Assembly: GCF_006345805.1 (NCBI RefSeq) | Contig: NC_042999.1 | Location: 120,094,001-120,158,000 of the forward strand | Reading direction: 5' to 3' | Source: Octopus sinensis | Taxonomy: Eukaryota | Length of the DNA: 64,000 bases | Part shown: in pieces, positions 27,290 through 39,160 of the stretch | How the letters are laid out: every line of letters starts with the position of its first letter | Position numbering within the stretch: position 1 is the first letter of the stretch | Notes under the pieces: model-generated | Databases searched by the model: none | The model's input: the letters and a program-made list of their open reading frames with translations, nothing else | Told to the model about the DNA's origin: nothing | Translations under genes and position numbers: made by a program

Positions 27290-27770
27290 GTCACAAACCT
27301 TAAACAACATAAAATACGAAAATGAATGTGTTGAATACGCAAACGAGAGAAACAAATGGAAAACAAGACAAGTAACATGAAGAACAACGTTCATCAGTTG
27401 TCGGATGTCTTACAGCTATTTCTGGGATATCTCAAGCGATAGATTAGCATCTCCATACACTGGATATTTTGTCATCAGACACAGGGTGAGTATGTATGAA
27501 CGTTCTAGACAGGGAATTCACAGTTTATAATGGAATAAAATAGTAGAGAGAAGAATAAAGTGTAAGACAATAGGTAATAGTATGAAGTACCCAGCTCATC
27601 GTCTTCAAGAAGATTTGGAGGCTGGTCTGTACTTCTGTGAGGCTATAGATCCTTAAGCATAATCCCAGGTAAATCCAGGTAGTATTTTGACAGTATTTTG
27701 AATGTTGCGTTCATGTTGAAGGCATCGATTAAGTGGCTAGCTTCTCTGAAAATGGCTCACATGGGTATAT
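27290..27770 (-). mobile_element. Penelope-like 3' end/pLTR remnant
   Basis: FREASHLI (end of GIY-YIG-like region), followed by a hammerhead-like motif and a CT-rich tail typical of PLE termini. Confidence 0.45.
27411..27478 (-). ncRNA. hammerhead ribozyme-like motif, partly decayed
   Basis: CTGATGA-caaaATATC...GATATccca-GAAAT-AGCT-GTA-agaca: core intact, palindromic AGCT in stem III, base of stem II disrupted. Confidence 0.5.
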
Positions 27771-27874
27771 AGAGTGAGAAATACAGACATCATGAAAAAT
27801 ATTCCTGGTCTGGGAATCGCACCCATTATCAAGCGGCCGTACCAATGATCAAGCGATCGTAACCACTCACCTGT

Positions 27875-27887
27875 CTATCTATCTATC

Positions 27888-27985
<98 letters not shown>

Positions 27986-28090
27986 ATATCTGACTGTCTG
28001 TCTGTCTGTCCGTCTATCTATCTGTATTTATTTATTTCTATCCATGTATTTTCTATATATCTGTAGATAGATAGATAGATAGATAGATAT
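27875..28090. repeat. (TCTA)n/(TCTG)n and (GATA)n microsatellites
   Basis: Direct reading. Confidence 0.9.
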
Positions 28091-31000
28091 CTTTTTATAC
28101 AAAACGCACTATATCCCAAATATATCTATGCGAATACTTATTTCACATTCTAGCTCTACAAACTGTGCAATGCCTTGGAAAGTCATTTGACTTTAGGTTG
28201 CCTTAGATATGCACGCTTTGTTTATTGTCAATGAAAGTAAACTCTACAATCTATAGGAGAGAGCTACGCTGATATGTCTGAACTCTATAAAATATCTTTA
28301 TAGATGCAAACCATGCCTGAGCTTTTGTGATAATTTTCGTTAGTTTTCGTTGTATTGTGCACATCAATTGGTAAAGTATTCCAATAAACTTTGAAATTGC
28401 ATAGCGAATTACAAATGGCCGATGTATTAATTTTAAACTATATATTTATCGAAATATAGTGAATTTAAGAAACATACATGATGTTGTAAAGCAATCTCAC
28501 TAGACAGCTTACAGTCAGTAAAGATAATACATCAACCAAAACAGCAAGTGACTTATTCAAAGGTGCAACCGGAATCAGCAATTATTAAAGTGGTTTGCAT
28601 CTTAACATTACCACTGCTTCTTTCGTCTATTGCAACATATCTTTATTACCACCAGGGAAGAAGATAAGCAGTGACAGTTGGATGAGTATTTCTTTGGATT
28701 TCAGGGTTCATTTTCATTGTGTTATTGCTAAATGAGCACTTGCTCTAACTTGTCTTATCTGAAGGTCAGGCGTTAACATTGAAATCTGAAGCATCCATAA
28801 GATGGAAGTCTAGGATTTCATTGTATTAAATACAGTATTTTAATTTAAGTTTGAATAACTCTGAAAAATAGTTTTGCGAAAATAATAACAACTACTTTCA
28901 AATAATTGTATGTAACAATTTTATAAATTTAAAATTACACAGCATTTAGAACAGGTAAGAAATATGAACTGCAAATGTACATACCTACAGTTTGCCATGG
29001 AACAGAATATCGATAATGCTCATCAGTTTTACATTACTTGAATATTGTATAAAAAGCAATTGAATTTATTTTGAGGTATGCGGGGTTGTAATTTATGTTC
29101 TCTTTAACACGTTCTACGCCTTAGGAAAAACAAATTAGTTTTCTTTTCGTTTTGGACTTGTCAAGCAAATACAGAAAGCATTATTAATCTGCATACGCTC
29201 GAAGCAGGTGAATGTAGTTTCACTTTGTATAGATTTCCTTAATTTAGAAAAAATACTGTAAATAAAATATTGTTACAAGATTTAGCATCTTATATGAAAT
29301 AGGATCATTGATTCAATATCAAAGGCAGCTCCGATTATTAATATATATGTTGATGCATTGTATTATGTGCAGTATATGCAAATATACTTTAAAATGTTTA
29401 ACTGCTAATAAGTAGACACATCTCACAAAATTGTCCTAGACGGCATCGTACAGACGGAAGCTCAGTTGAATGATTGACTTTCTTCATGCTTCTAATCGTT
29501 TATGTGAAATTATAAATACAACAGTAAGGTTTTTATGATTTATCAAAAACAAGTCAATATTTCGTAATTTGCGGAAAATGCAAGACAACAAATATTTAAA
29601 TCCTTGCGTGATGGGTCTAGAATCAAGTTATAATTTTCAGCTTATACAAGTTCCCTGACGTAAATTATAATTACATTAGGTAAGACATAGAACATTATAT
29701 TCCTGAATGATAATAAAACATTGTAATATATGTTACCCGTACCATCGTACATGATAAAACTGGTGACGTTAATATACTTTGCTACATTCGACATACCACT
29801 TATTTTGTCTAACGTATGAAGGATTATTTAGAGAGAAATTTAGGTTTAAATATTGAACATGGTAAGTTGTTTAGACCACTACATAAAATACTAGAGCTGT
29901 GGAGTAATTGAATTTATGTCTCAGACGTCTTTGCTGAATATGCACTGATGTACAACAGTACCAGTCTAGAAAAGAAAAATCGATTTTCACTGATGGATGA
30001 AGACAGGATACAGAAGATTTTTGAAGGAAATAAGTTAATTGAAATGGTTCTAAACGCGAGTTGAAAATATATCAGAAATTCGCTAATCAGAATATTCTTA
30101 TTCGGCCGTGATTACCTCCTGAAGAAGATATATAGACTTTTCACGTAGGTACAAGTGGAGTTGATATGTTATCACAAAATACTAAAGCAAATGGCAAAAG
30201 TACTAAAGATGTAATTAAACTGGGATAAGAGAAAACATTTAGCTGTGTCGATAGGTATGAGACAGGCAATTATGTTGGCTCCGGGGTTCATATCTTGTTG
30301 TCAACAATGCTCTGCACATAAGGCTTAAATTTTTAATTTACAAATGCATAACGTGTTTGCATGAGTGTAAATACCCCGTTGAGAAATTACTCAACATTAA
30401 AAGCTGCAGCATCAACACTATAAAATTATCAATACTTCACTTACTAATTTACTGTGTTCTAAGCTCTACTGTGGAGAGTATAGCATGATGGATCCTGTAT
30501 ATATGCATGTCTACTTTCCAGTGCCATCGCAATAGAAATTGGGTTCTAACTAGTGGAGCCAAAACCAGAAATAGGTCATTAGAGTCAGCTCACAAAACAC
30601 TTAACTCTTCTTTTCCTTTAAAGGATAAATAAATCTTGACTCAGGTAATTCGGCATGCCGATATCTTCCAAAATAATATAACAGTTGCCTCAAAATTTTC
30701 AGTCACTATTTTAATTTTAAATATCGATCAACAGATAACAGTTTAGTCAGGTTGAGGAGGCAACATTCATGATCTCTTATTTTTTAAAAGCATTTGATTC
30801 TAATGGGAATGATAAAGGAAGTTACCTTTAAATTGGAAACTCGACTCGAATATTTGTCACAAAGTAACCCAGGGACCACATAGTGGTATTAAAAAGAGAA
30901 ATGGATTGAGTCTACTACACAAGCACTTAGGCTGCAAGAAGCTAAAGCAACTCATCTCATTCAACATACTGACAATTTCGCCAAACTACTACTCTGGGCT

Positions 31001-31269
31001 AGCAAGTTATTTTATCCAGCTCCGAAAAGATGAACGGCAAATTTGATTTTAAATTGCTAGGAGGGAACTGATTCGATGTTCCATACAAAATTTAATGAGA
31101 ACAATATAAAAAGAAATAAGATATATTTTGCAAATAGGGATACGTTAAGCATTTATTAATTGAAATAATACCATCACACACTTATTGAGGCAACCGAAAT
31201 GTACAGTAATAAACTAAGAATAAAGCATATAAAAGCATAGAGTAAATACTGTAGAGAGTCACTGCAACC

Positions 31270-31437
31270 GTTATTTACATTATTTATATTTGACGGGTAT
31301 TTGTCCTCATCTTGTTTCTTGTTAACACAATGTTTCGGCTGATATACCCTCCAGCCTTCACCAGGTGTGTTGGGGGAAATTTCGAACGTGGGTTATCATT
31401 CGTACGGTATTTTTCGATGTTGTCGTTGTTGTTGTTG

Positions 31438-31476
<39 letters not shown>

Positions 31477-31562
31477 TATTATTATTCATGTCAAGCTTGG
31501 AATCGAACTAGGAATCTTGGGGTTAGTAGCCCGCGCTCTTAACTACTACACCATATGCACGT
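31270..31562 (-). mobile_element. tRNA-headed SINE with internal (AAT)n and Penelope/hammerhead-type tail
   Basis: Minus-strand head atggtgtagtagttaagagcgcgggctactaaccccaagattcctagttcgattcc (A and B boxes), a microsatellite, then a tail with a hammerhead-like motif. Confidence 0.8.
31323..31371 (-). ncRNA. hammerhead-like motif in SINE tail (core mutated)
   Basis: AACACAC-CTGGTGA-a-GGCTG-gagggtatat-CAGCC-GAAAC-ATT-GTGTT: perfect 5-bp stem II and AACAC/GTGTT stem I; A6 changed to G. Confidence 0.55.
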
Positions 31563-31568
31563 GAGTAA

Positions 31569-31571
<3 letters not shown>

Positions 31572-31645
<74 letters not shown>

Positions 31646-31824
31646 TAATAATAACATCGAAAAATACCTTAGGAATGAGAACCCAGGTTTGACATTTCCC
31701 CAACACACTTGATGAAGGCTGGAGGGTACATCAGCCGAAACGTGTTAACAAAAAACAAGATGAGGAGAAATAACCCTCAAATGTCAATAATGTAGATAAT
31801 TCCTCATCTCTTAAATATAGAACT
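31572..31824 (+). mobile_element. headless copy of the same SINE, inverted relative to 31270-31562
   Basis: (TAA)n then acatcgaaaaataccttaggaatgagaacccagg...cctcatctcttaaatatagaact; reverse-complement match to 31270-31420. Confidence 0.8.
31702..31747 (+). ncRNA. hammerhead-like motif in SINE tail (core mutated)
   Basis: AACACAC-TTGATGA-a-GGCTG-gagggtacat-CAGCC-GAAAC-GTGTT: C3 changed to T and a short deletion at the cleavage site. Confidence 0.55.
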
Positions 31825-32064
31825 TTATCACGGCAACCGTTTACAAAAACAATTAATTGAAACAATTAAACATTGCTTTTAATAACCAATTGCTTCTTTT
31901 AGTTTCGTACAAAATCATGAACTATACACTATTAGCAAAATTATACAATTTATGTTTTGGGGGGGAGAAGTAATCACATTTTTTATACCATATTCAGTTG
32001 ATGAATATTTTAAAATAGGCATTGAGATGCTGCTTTCTTATAAGCGTCAACTTAAAGAACTTAC

Positions 32065-32214
32065 CAGTTTTACTTTTCGTAAAAGAAGAACATGAGCACA
32101 GAGACTGATTGAACTGGGAACCTAATGCACAACGTCTGGTCATCCAAATTCCGTTCACGTAGACCTCGTATAGTATTGGGTTAGTTAAGTTAGCTTTATA
32201 GTTCGGACACCCAC
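32065..32214 (-). CDS. Pif/BMSP-like protein, coding exon 2 (4-Cys chitin-binding/peritrophin-A-like module)
   Basis: ttttcttacttgaacag|GT...ACTG|GTAAGT, 150 nt, phase 1-1. Encodes (S)GCPNYKANLTNPILYEVYVNGIWMTRRCALGSQFNQSLCSCSSFTKSKT; pattern C-x25-C-x10-C-x-C with W and CxxGxxF, as in the short CBM that precedes LamG in Pif-family proteins. Confidence 0.88.
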
Positions 32215-32245
32215 CTGTTCAAGTAAGAAAACTAGAGATGTGATA

Positions 32246-32645
32246 TTGGTCTCAAATTTTGGCACAAGGACAGTTAGTTCGGAGGAGGAAGTAAGTCGAT
32301 TATATCGCTCCAAGACGTCGATTGATAACTATTTTATTGATTCCGATGGACGAAAGGTAAAGTCGACCTCGGCGGAATTTGAACTCAGAAAGCAAAAACC
32401 GGACGAATGCCGTTAACTATTTTTACCCGGGATGCTAATGATTCATCTGGCTCACCGCCTTCGCTAAATATCATATTAAACGTAATATTAGCGTCCGTCT
32501 TCATGTTTTAAGTTCAGAATCCCACGAAGTCAAATTTGCCTATCATACCTTTCAGGGTCGATAAAATAAGTACTACTTTATCACTGGGATCAATGTAATC
32601 GACTTATCCTCTCCCACGAAACTGCTGGCCTTGTGCGGAAACGTG
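32246..32645. mobile_element. head-to-head pair of SINEs (minus 32246-32462, plus about 32490-32645)
   Basis: Both belong to the ggcggcgagctggcagaa family; the tails (ggcacaagg / ccttgtgc) point outward. Confidence 0.75.
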
Positions 32646-34571
32646 AATTCAAAGTTTACCATTAGTATTACTGACATATGCATTAGCTTACTAGCGTACA
32701 AAACACATATTAAAATATGTATACTATTATATGCCTATAATTAACAAGAACAATGAAATGCATTCTTAAAAACGACCAGGAAATATTATAAAATAGATTT
32801 TTCTTGATATTAATAATCAAACAAGAAACATTACAAAGGCAAAGAATATTCGAAATAAACATTTATACGAAAATAAATCAGTCTTTATTTCCTGTGAAAA
32901 TTGTTGTGAATTGTTTCATATTACAAAGGTCTTTATCTCAACTTAATGAATTGTTATTGTTGGTATTGTAAGACAATAACAACATTCAAAATACATATCT
33001 AATTTAATTTTACCATAGTATGCTAAAGATCATGTTTATCTACGGGAAGGCCTATTCTGCAAGAATGCAAAATAGTAAATTAAATAATATTCAGCATATC
33101 TTCGCTAGCTATATATTTAATGATAATATGAAAAGGAAATGACAATTCTGAAAGAATTGAATTCAAAGTTCGAGAAAGTGGAATGAAATTCGCTGTGGTT
33201 AAACACACTAATTATACAAAATTCCATGATATTTGAACTGATGATAATATTTGTAAAAAATCAGATTAAATTAAAATGTATGATGCTGAATTTCAAAACT
33301 GCAACTAGGATCAGCACTGACAATGTTGAGTGTAGGCATCAGAAACTTGTTCAGTAAACGTAAAAATACTAAACATCAAACATTCGCTTAACTCACACAA
33401 TACCATATCAAATCTAGAAAAGAATACAGTTGAAGAGAGAGCTTTCTACTTAACTATATAATTAATATATATAAACTTTTACCTAATACCACTGTAATGA
33501 AGTAATTGTAACGCAGCTGACTGAAAATTATGATCTATGCTTGAAAAAGTCTTTTGTGTTTTGAACTCTCACTCTCTACATCCTCAGGCTCTTATTGCTA
33601 GGTCTCTTTGATCGAGTTAGAATGTGTCATACTTTGCTTTTCTGTTCGTGATTGTTTTAATTCTTTCAGGATATGAGTATAAAAGAAGATTTATGACAAG
33701 TCAGAATGAGAAATAGGTAATTAAAATACAGGAAGTAGCTGGTGAAACGTTTCGAGATGTGTCTGCAGGCATGCTGATATATTAGTATTTACTGACCACT
33801 AGAAACAGGTAATATTGAACATTGTGAAGTAAATCAACAACAAAGTAAATGGATATCCGTCAGTTTTAGTGATGAGTATTCTGCAGTTTGAATGACAGAA
33901 ATAACTTCTCATTAAACTAGCAAATAAAATAGCCTAGTATTCTACGGATATTCGTATTGTTTTTACTTATCCCTCTAAAGAGTAATACAGTGTTAAAAGG
34001 TTGGGTATTTAAATTATAGTTACAAACCGTCTGGGGTGCGCCTTTGCAATTTCCGTCTCCACATTTCTCCTCTATGGTTATGAAATAGGTTTAAAGAAAC
34101 TTGATTCAGACGCCACACAGTGCGATTGATTTTGGAACGGTATCGTGATTGCGAATCGAACCGATTAATCGGCCTGCCATAGAACTGCTGGATAAAGTAC
34201 ACGCGACCACACACACACACACACACACACACATACAGACACACACACACACTCACACACACACACACACACACGCACGCACACGCACACGTGAAACTAA
34301 ATTGCTGTAAGCTGATTTCTGTTTTGTTTTTGAACAGTCATAACACGAAACTGGCTGGAATAAGTTGGAATAAATATATATTCTACCGTGTCTTACGTGT
34401 TTTTTTTAATTTAAATGCTATATTTTCATTCTAGCTAGAATACATTCTAGCTAGAATTGTGCTGAAAGTACTGCAAAACTGGGACTAACATTTTAAATGA
34501 ATTGGTATAAGTCGTTTAAATTGCTTATGCTAGTACAGTAACGCTTTCTCTATTGTTCTTCTTTGTTGCAG

Positions 34572-34700
34572 ACATATAACGGGTTCCAAGCAGAAACAAT
34601 GTGATGTCATTGAGATTGTGACGAATGAGACATGTAAGCTGCCTTACATTCACAGAATGCTACAGGTTGTTTCCAGAGATGACAAGAGCAATATGTACAG
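34572..34700 (+). CDS. candidate antisense exon (unknown product)
   Basis: Excellent acceptor tttctctattgttcttctttgttgcag| and donor ACAG|GTGAAT, 129 nt, a single open frame (phase 2-2): HITGSKQKQCDVIEIVTNETCKLPYIHRMLQVVSRDDKSNMY. No family recognised. Confidence 0.3.
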
Positions 34701-34949
34701 GTGAATAAAAGATACAAAGGAGGGGAACCAGCATAGAATTCAAATAATGCAACTAGAAGCCGTTAATATCGAACACTGACATGTATCACCAGTGAGTGGT
34801 TGAACTGAATCGAGTGGGCAACGGAGTTATAATACGTGAGCTGGTTGTAGGACATGCATGACAGAATGGTTTGGTGATTATAAAATGGAAGCAAAGCTAA
34901 TAGCTCGTTAATCGATATCTGCTTTAAGGGAGATAGATTTGTGGGACCC

Positions 34950-35530
34950 TACTCTTATCTCTTGAAAGCCAAAGATATATTTTTTGTTACACACAGTGAC
35001 AGATATGTATCTTATACTTCCGAACCTGAAGAGTCATTTCAAGGAATAGAGTCACACTTCTAAAAGCTCAAGAGCGAGCGATCGGCAAAGAAAGTAATGG
35101 TTTCTTTATTGGAATATGATAAGGATGTCACTCTTCATTTCCTGGAATGTGGCTGTATCATATACAGCTAGCAGAACATTCACTGGAAACGTTGAAAATG
35201 GTAAAATAGTGCTTTAGTAAGACGAAACTAAACAAATAACTTAAAATGATGCAATTAAACCATGACAATGTGTCATCATACGAACCTTCAACAACAGACA
35301 AATCAATCAACAAATTCAGCGGATTAGTTGCACATCTCGGGTCTGGGTCACCTCAGATTTTGCACTCTCTGAGCTGTTCAGTCTAAGGAAAAGACTTTCA
35401 GGAACAACTATTCAATAACTGAGATGATGTGAAGGAGTGGGCACAACAGTGCAAAGCACAAAGGGTTCCTAGTGTCTGGTTCGACAATGGTGAAAATGCA
35501 TCGCTTTTGATGGAAACTATATTGCGTAGT
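34950..35530 (+). mobile_element. mariner transposase remnant
   Basis: Degenerate motifs in order: VT-S-D..(TGDETW), AKKVM, HDN, and RQW*KCIAFDGNYIA* (RWxKCIxxxGxYVE). Confidence 0.55.
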
Positions 35531-36414
35531 ATCTTTTAATAGACAAAATGTTACTCTAACAACATATGTAATTTGAACGACCTCTCTCGGTTAATATACA
35601 TTTATATTTATTTTTGCATTACATTTGATAGCACCTGTCCGCGCTACCTGTCCGCGCGTACATATATGAATGTGATTTTATATGTTTCACGATGAGTCTG
35701 ACGTGAAATAAGAATTAACTTGAACGTTTTTTTATCACTACCTTTTTATCCCCAGATTTGACATTCAAAGAGCTGAGAATCGCCAAGTGAAACAATATTT
35801 TTTCCTGTACTGTTTTGTCCTCTCAGTGTAGCGTTTCAGATAAAATGATTTTCGCGGAACCAATACCCACACAGACATACACGCACACACATACACACAC
35901 ACTTATGCCGTTCAGAATGAATTTATAGTTATCTTGTATACAGACATACCTAACCAATATTGAATTAAGATAATTCATATAATATTTCGGCAGGCGAACT
36001 AATTGACACAACAAATCCTCTACGAGATTATTGTTGCAGACGAAGGTCTCCACCAGTTTTCTTAGATTCCCAATTGAAGACTTTATTCGATATTGAACTA
36101 AATTATCATCTCTGCGTAATATAAAACGTCTGGAAATATCCTAAACTTGAAATATTAAAATTATTTTAAGTATCACACTGTCTGTGTCAGAGGTGTTGTC
36201 ATATACATTAAGAGCATAAATGATAGATGGTGTGAAACCATAATTATCAAACCAGCAGGAAGTTCTCTCTCTCTATGTATCTATCTATCTATCTATCTAT
36301 TTATCTATTTATCTATCTGTCTACCTTTATCTCTCTGTTGCGTTATATCAGTCATGTAATCACACGCGTGTTGTTCGGGAAATTTTTCCTTGCCGGACGT
36401 TTTTGTTTTACTTT

Positions 36415-36446
36415 TTGACGAAGAGCTATGGTCGAAACGCTAAAAA
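36415..36446 (+). ncRNA. decayed hammerhead-like motif (PLE terminus)
   Basis: tttt-TTGACGA-agagc-tatg-gtc-GAAAC-gct-aaaaa; same layout as the motif at 45727. Confidence 0.35.
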
Positions 36447-37929
36447 CCACCCCCTTTTGCTTTTTGTTCGGCTTTTATCAAACGTCAAACTACGACATTC
36501 CTTGCGTACGTCCCCACGTTATTTTCATATCGTTATTTTTAATGTTCATCTTTTAAAATTCGATTCGACTATACGCACTCCCCTAGACCCTCTCTTCACT
36601 ATAAAATCTTTAACAGACACAATAAAAATTACCTTTACTTGTTATATATCAATAAGCAAAAGACAAATCAAGCCTGCCTTGGATGCACATGCAAATACAA
36701 ATTCAAATGTCCTCTACGACACACGTGCGATATCTTACGTTGTTAATGAAGCGCAGATTTCAGCGAACTACGACAATAGTCATACAGTGAACAAATGTTA
36801 TATCAGGGACGTAGAATGAAAATTTAGATCCGCATATAACAACCATCTTTCGAGTTTTAGGTTTTAATCTGGAAACGTAAACGCGAAGGGATCAGTTTCA
36901 AATGAAATATTTACTCTAAAGCCAGATCTTATGTTAACGGGTCCAAAAAAAGTTCAGCATGTTCTCTTGAAAATCTTTATCGCTTAAAGAACTTGAGAAA
37001 CTTCAACAGATGCATAAATGTCAAGGATGAGGTATTTTGTTTGTCTGCATTTCAAAAAATACATTTTGTCGGAATTTAGAAATAGAGAAGATAAGGATAG
37101 AAGTCACAAGACAAATGGATAGGATAAAAAAATATAATAGAAATATCAAAAGATAAACGAACAATAAAAATGAGGTAAAGAAGAATATAAAGAGATACTG
37201 AGTAACTGACTAAACAAGAAACAATAAAAAAGCAGTGGAAGAAAGAGAATTGTGCTTGCTGAGCTATAAATAAATTTAGAAGAAAATTTAGAAAATGAGA
37301 ATATTGTACCAGGGTCGATCTTTATGGGAGAACAATCAACAGCATTGTGGAGAAACAGTATTGTAGGGCAATAATCGTCACCATTTGATTATAGAAAGAA
37401 AAAGAAAGGCGTATGTGATGAGAAAAGATTAAGAGGGTGTGTCATAAAAGCATTACATTAATATTTTAAACAGCTGAACGCAAAATGACAACACCTTTCG
37501 CACCAATCCATCCAGCCTTGATTCTACGTGGTAGTCGAGAATCTCAGCAGCAAATTACAGTTTATGTAATTGTAATTTATATTTTAAAGTTCATTTTATA
37601 TTTGGGAAATAAATTACTAATGGTTGAATTTCGAAAGCGCCAGTTGAAATCTGACATAGATTTACGAGGAATACAAAATGGTAGGAACATTGTGCAGATA
37701 GAAAATTATTTTAAAATATCTATTGTAGGAATTCATAAATAGCGATTAAAATACAATGGATAGCTACAAACCATGAAGATTACATAAACCATTTTCTGTT
37801 TTCAAATAAAGCCAACAAGTAGAAAGCAGGTAGTCGTGAAAATACGGATGAAACAACAATAAATAATGTAAAATGGCTAAAATCTAGGGGTGCAGAATGT
37901 CTCTCCATTCAGGATAGAGTCTGTACGAG

Positions 37930-39160
37930 TTGAAAGTAAATAAGCAACACTGATAGAGGCACCGAGGTTTTATGCTAAGTTTAAATGGTTCTCGACTACA
38001 CCACTGGATCATGCTCACACTTCAGAACTCATTTAGTGTAACAATTAGGAGAGAAAACGGTACTGGAAGGGAAACAGGTAGTACTACCGTTACTGCTGTC
38101 TTTGGAACTGTTTTCCGTCGCCGACCCTCCACCATACTTCTCCAGCCCTTTATGATTATGTGCCCTCAAGAGGATTTTGATATTACAGCTACAGCAAATG
38201 CTACTTTTTGTCCTACATATTCAGAATACAACTCTTCTTACCGCCTTTCTAAATTGGGCCGATTTGGGATTTTCGTGGCTCATTAGAGTTATAAATCTAT
38301 CCAGGTCCCTGCGGATGTATGCCTTCTTCTATTATATCTACAGGGATTACCAGTCAATACTGCGATACAACGATGACAATAATCCAAGAGCGAATGTCCT
38401 AACCACCTTTCTCTCGCGCTTATGACTCTTTAGCCCAAATACTGAGGATACTTATATAGTAACGGGTGCGTGCCTTACAAGTTTAGCTTTAATATTAGCC
38501 TTTTTCTAACTGGTCTCTGTTTCTGTTGAGACGTAATCTGAAAACGAAATGTCCACTCAATAAAAAGTGTATTTACCCACATTAGATCGATAGTGATGGA
38601 AAACTGGAAACTGAATTGGATGATAAAATCGCAGGTGCTGCACAGTAATGTTCCAGCTCCAACATTCAACCTGCAGAAGAAAGATACCCGCTATCGTCAA
38701 TTCGATTTTTCACGTCGATTCTCACTTATCGTCATGGATGACAAAGAGTACGATCGTAAATACACGCAGTCTAAATGGGATTCCCCGCAAAAAAGATTTA
38801 GAATAATGTTACGGGATAGGTGCGTAGCTCGGAGATCAAGACTTCTCTCTTTGTCGAGCTCCTATTTCTCCGCATTCAGATATCATCGTTCCAGTGCTGC
38901 CAACACATGACTGGAATGCTACAGAAAAGTATTGTAATGCAGCCTTTTCAAGCTGAGCCCTCCGGCAGGAAGCCTACGGGTAGACTAAGAACGAGATTAC
39001 TGGATCATATCTATAGTCTCAGCTGGGCATGTTAAGTAATCCAGCAGGTAAATGTAATGTGGATTACTTTTAATGGGACCTTACTGAGGGGATGCCTGTG
39101 GTTTCTACCACCATAGCTCTCCCAGGAATCGTAAGTGGAGAAGCCGGAGGGATGTATGAA
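37930..39160 (+). mobile_element. RTE-clade (Rex3/Expander-like) LINE remnant
   Basis: LRxxCVxSP-like RT segment near 38310, DGKLETELDD(K)I near 38595, and LRDRxRSSEIKTSLFVELLFLRIQ...GRKPTGRLRTRLLDHI (track ORF 38820-39035). Confidence 0.85.

Noticed and set aside
28490-28860. Possible second decayed LamG copy on the minus strand (EILDFHLMDAS, SSNCHC, SGNVKMQTTLIIADSGC)
   Set aside because: The motifs are scattered over different frames and the span is too short for a LamG domain; likely over-fitting.
29737-29808. 72-nt phase 1-1 in-frame cassette exon candidate in intron 2 (DKISGMSNVAKYINVTSFIMYDGT)
   Set aside because: Only moderate splice signals and no family similarity; such ORFs are expected by chance in 8 kb.
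33706-35831. Resemblance of the antisense peptide to CFAP20/BUG22 (RNxHI, EI, KLP, DDK..RF)
   Set aside because: It needs several large deletions in an extremely conserved protein and matches only short motifs; treated as coincidence unless an HMM search says otherwise.
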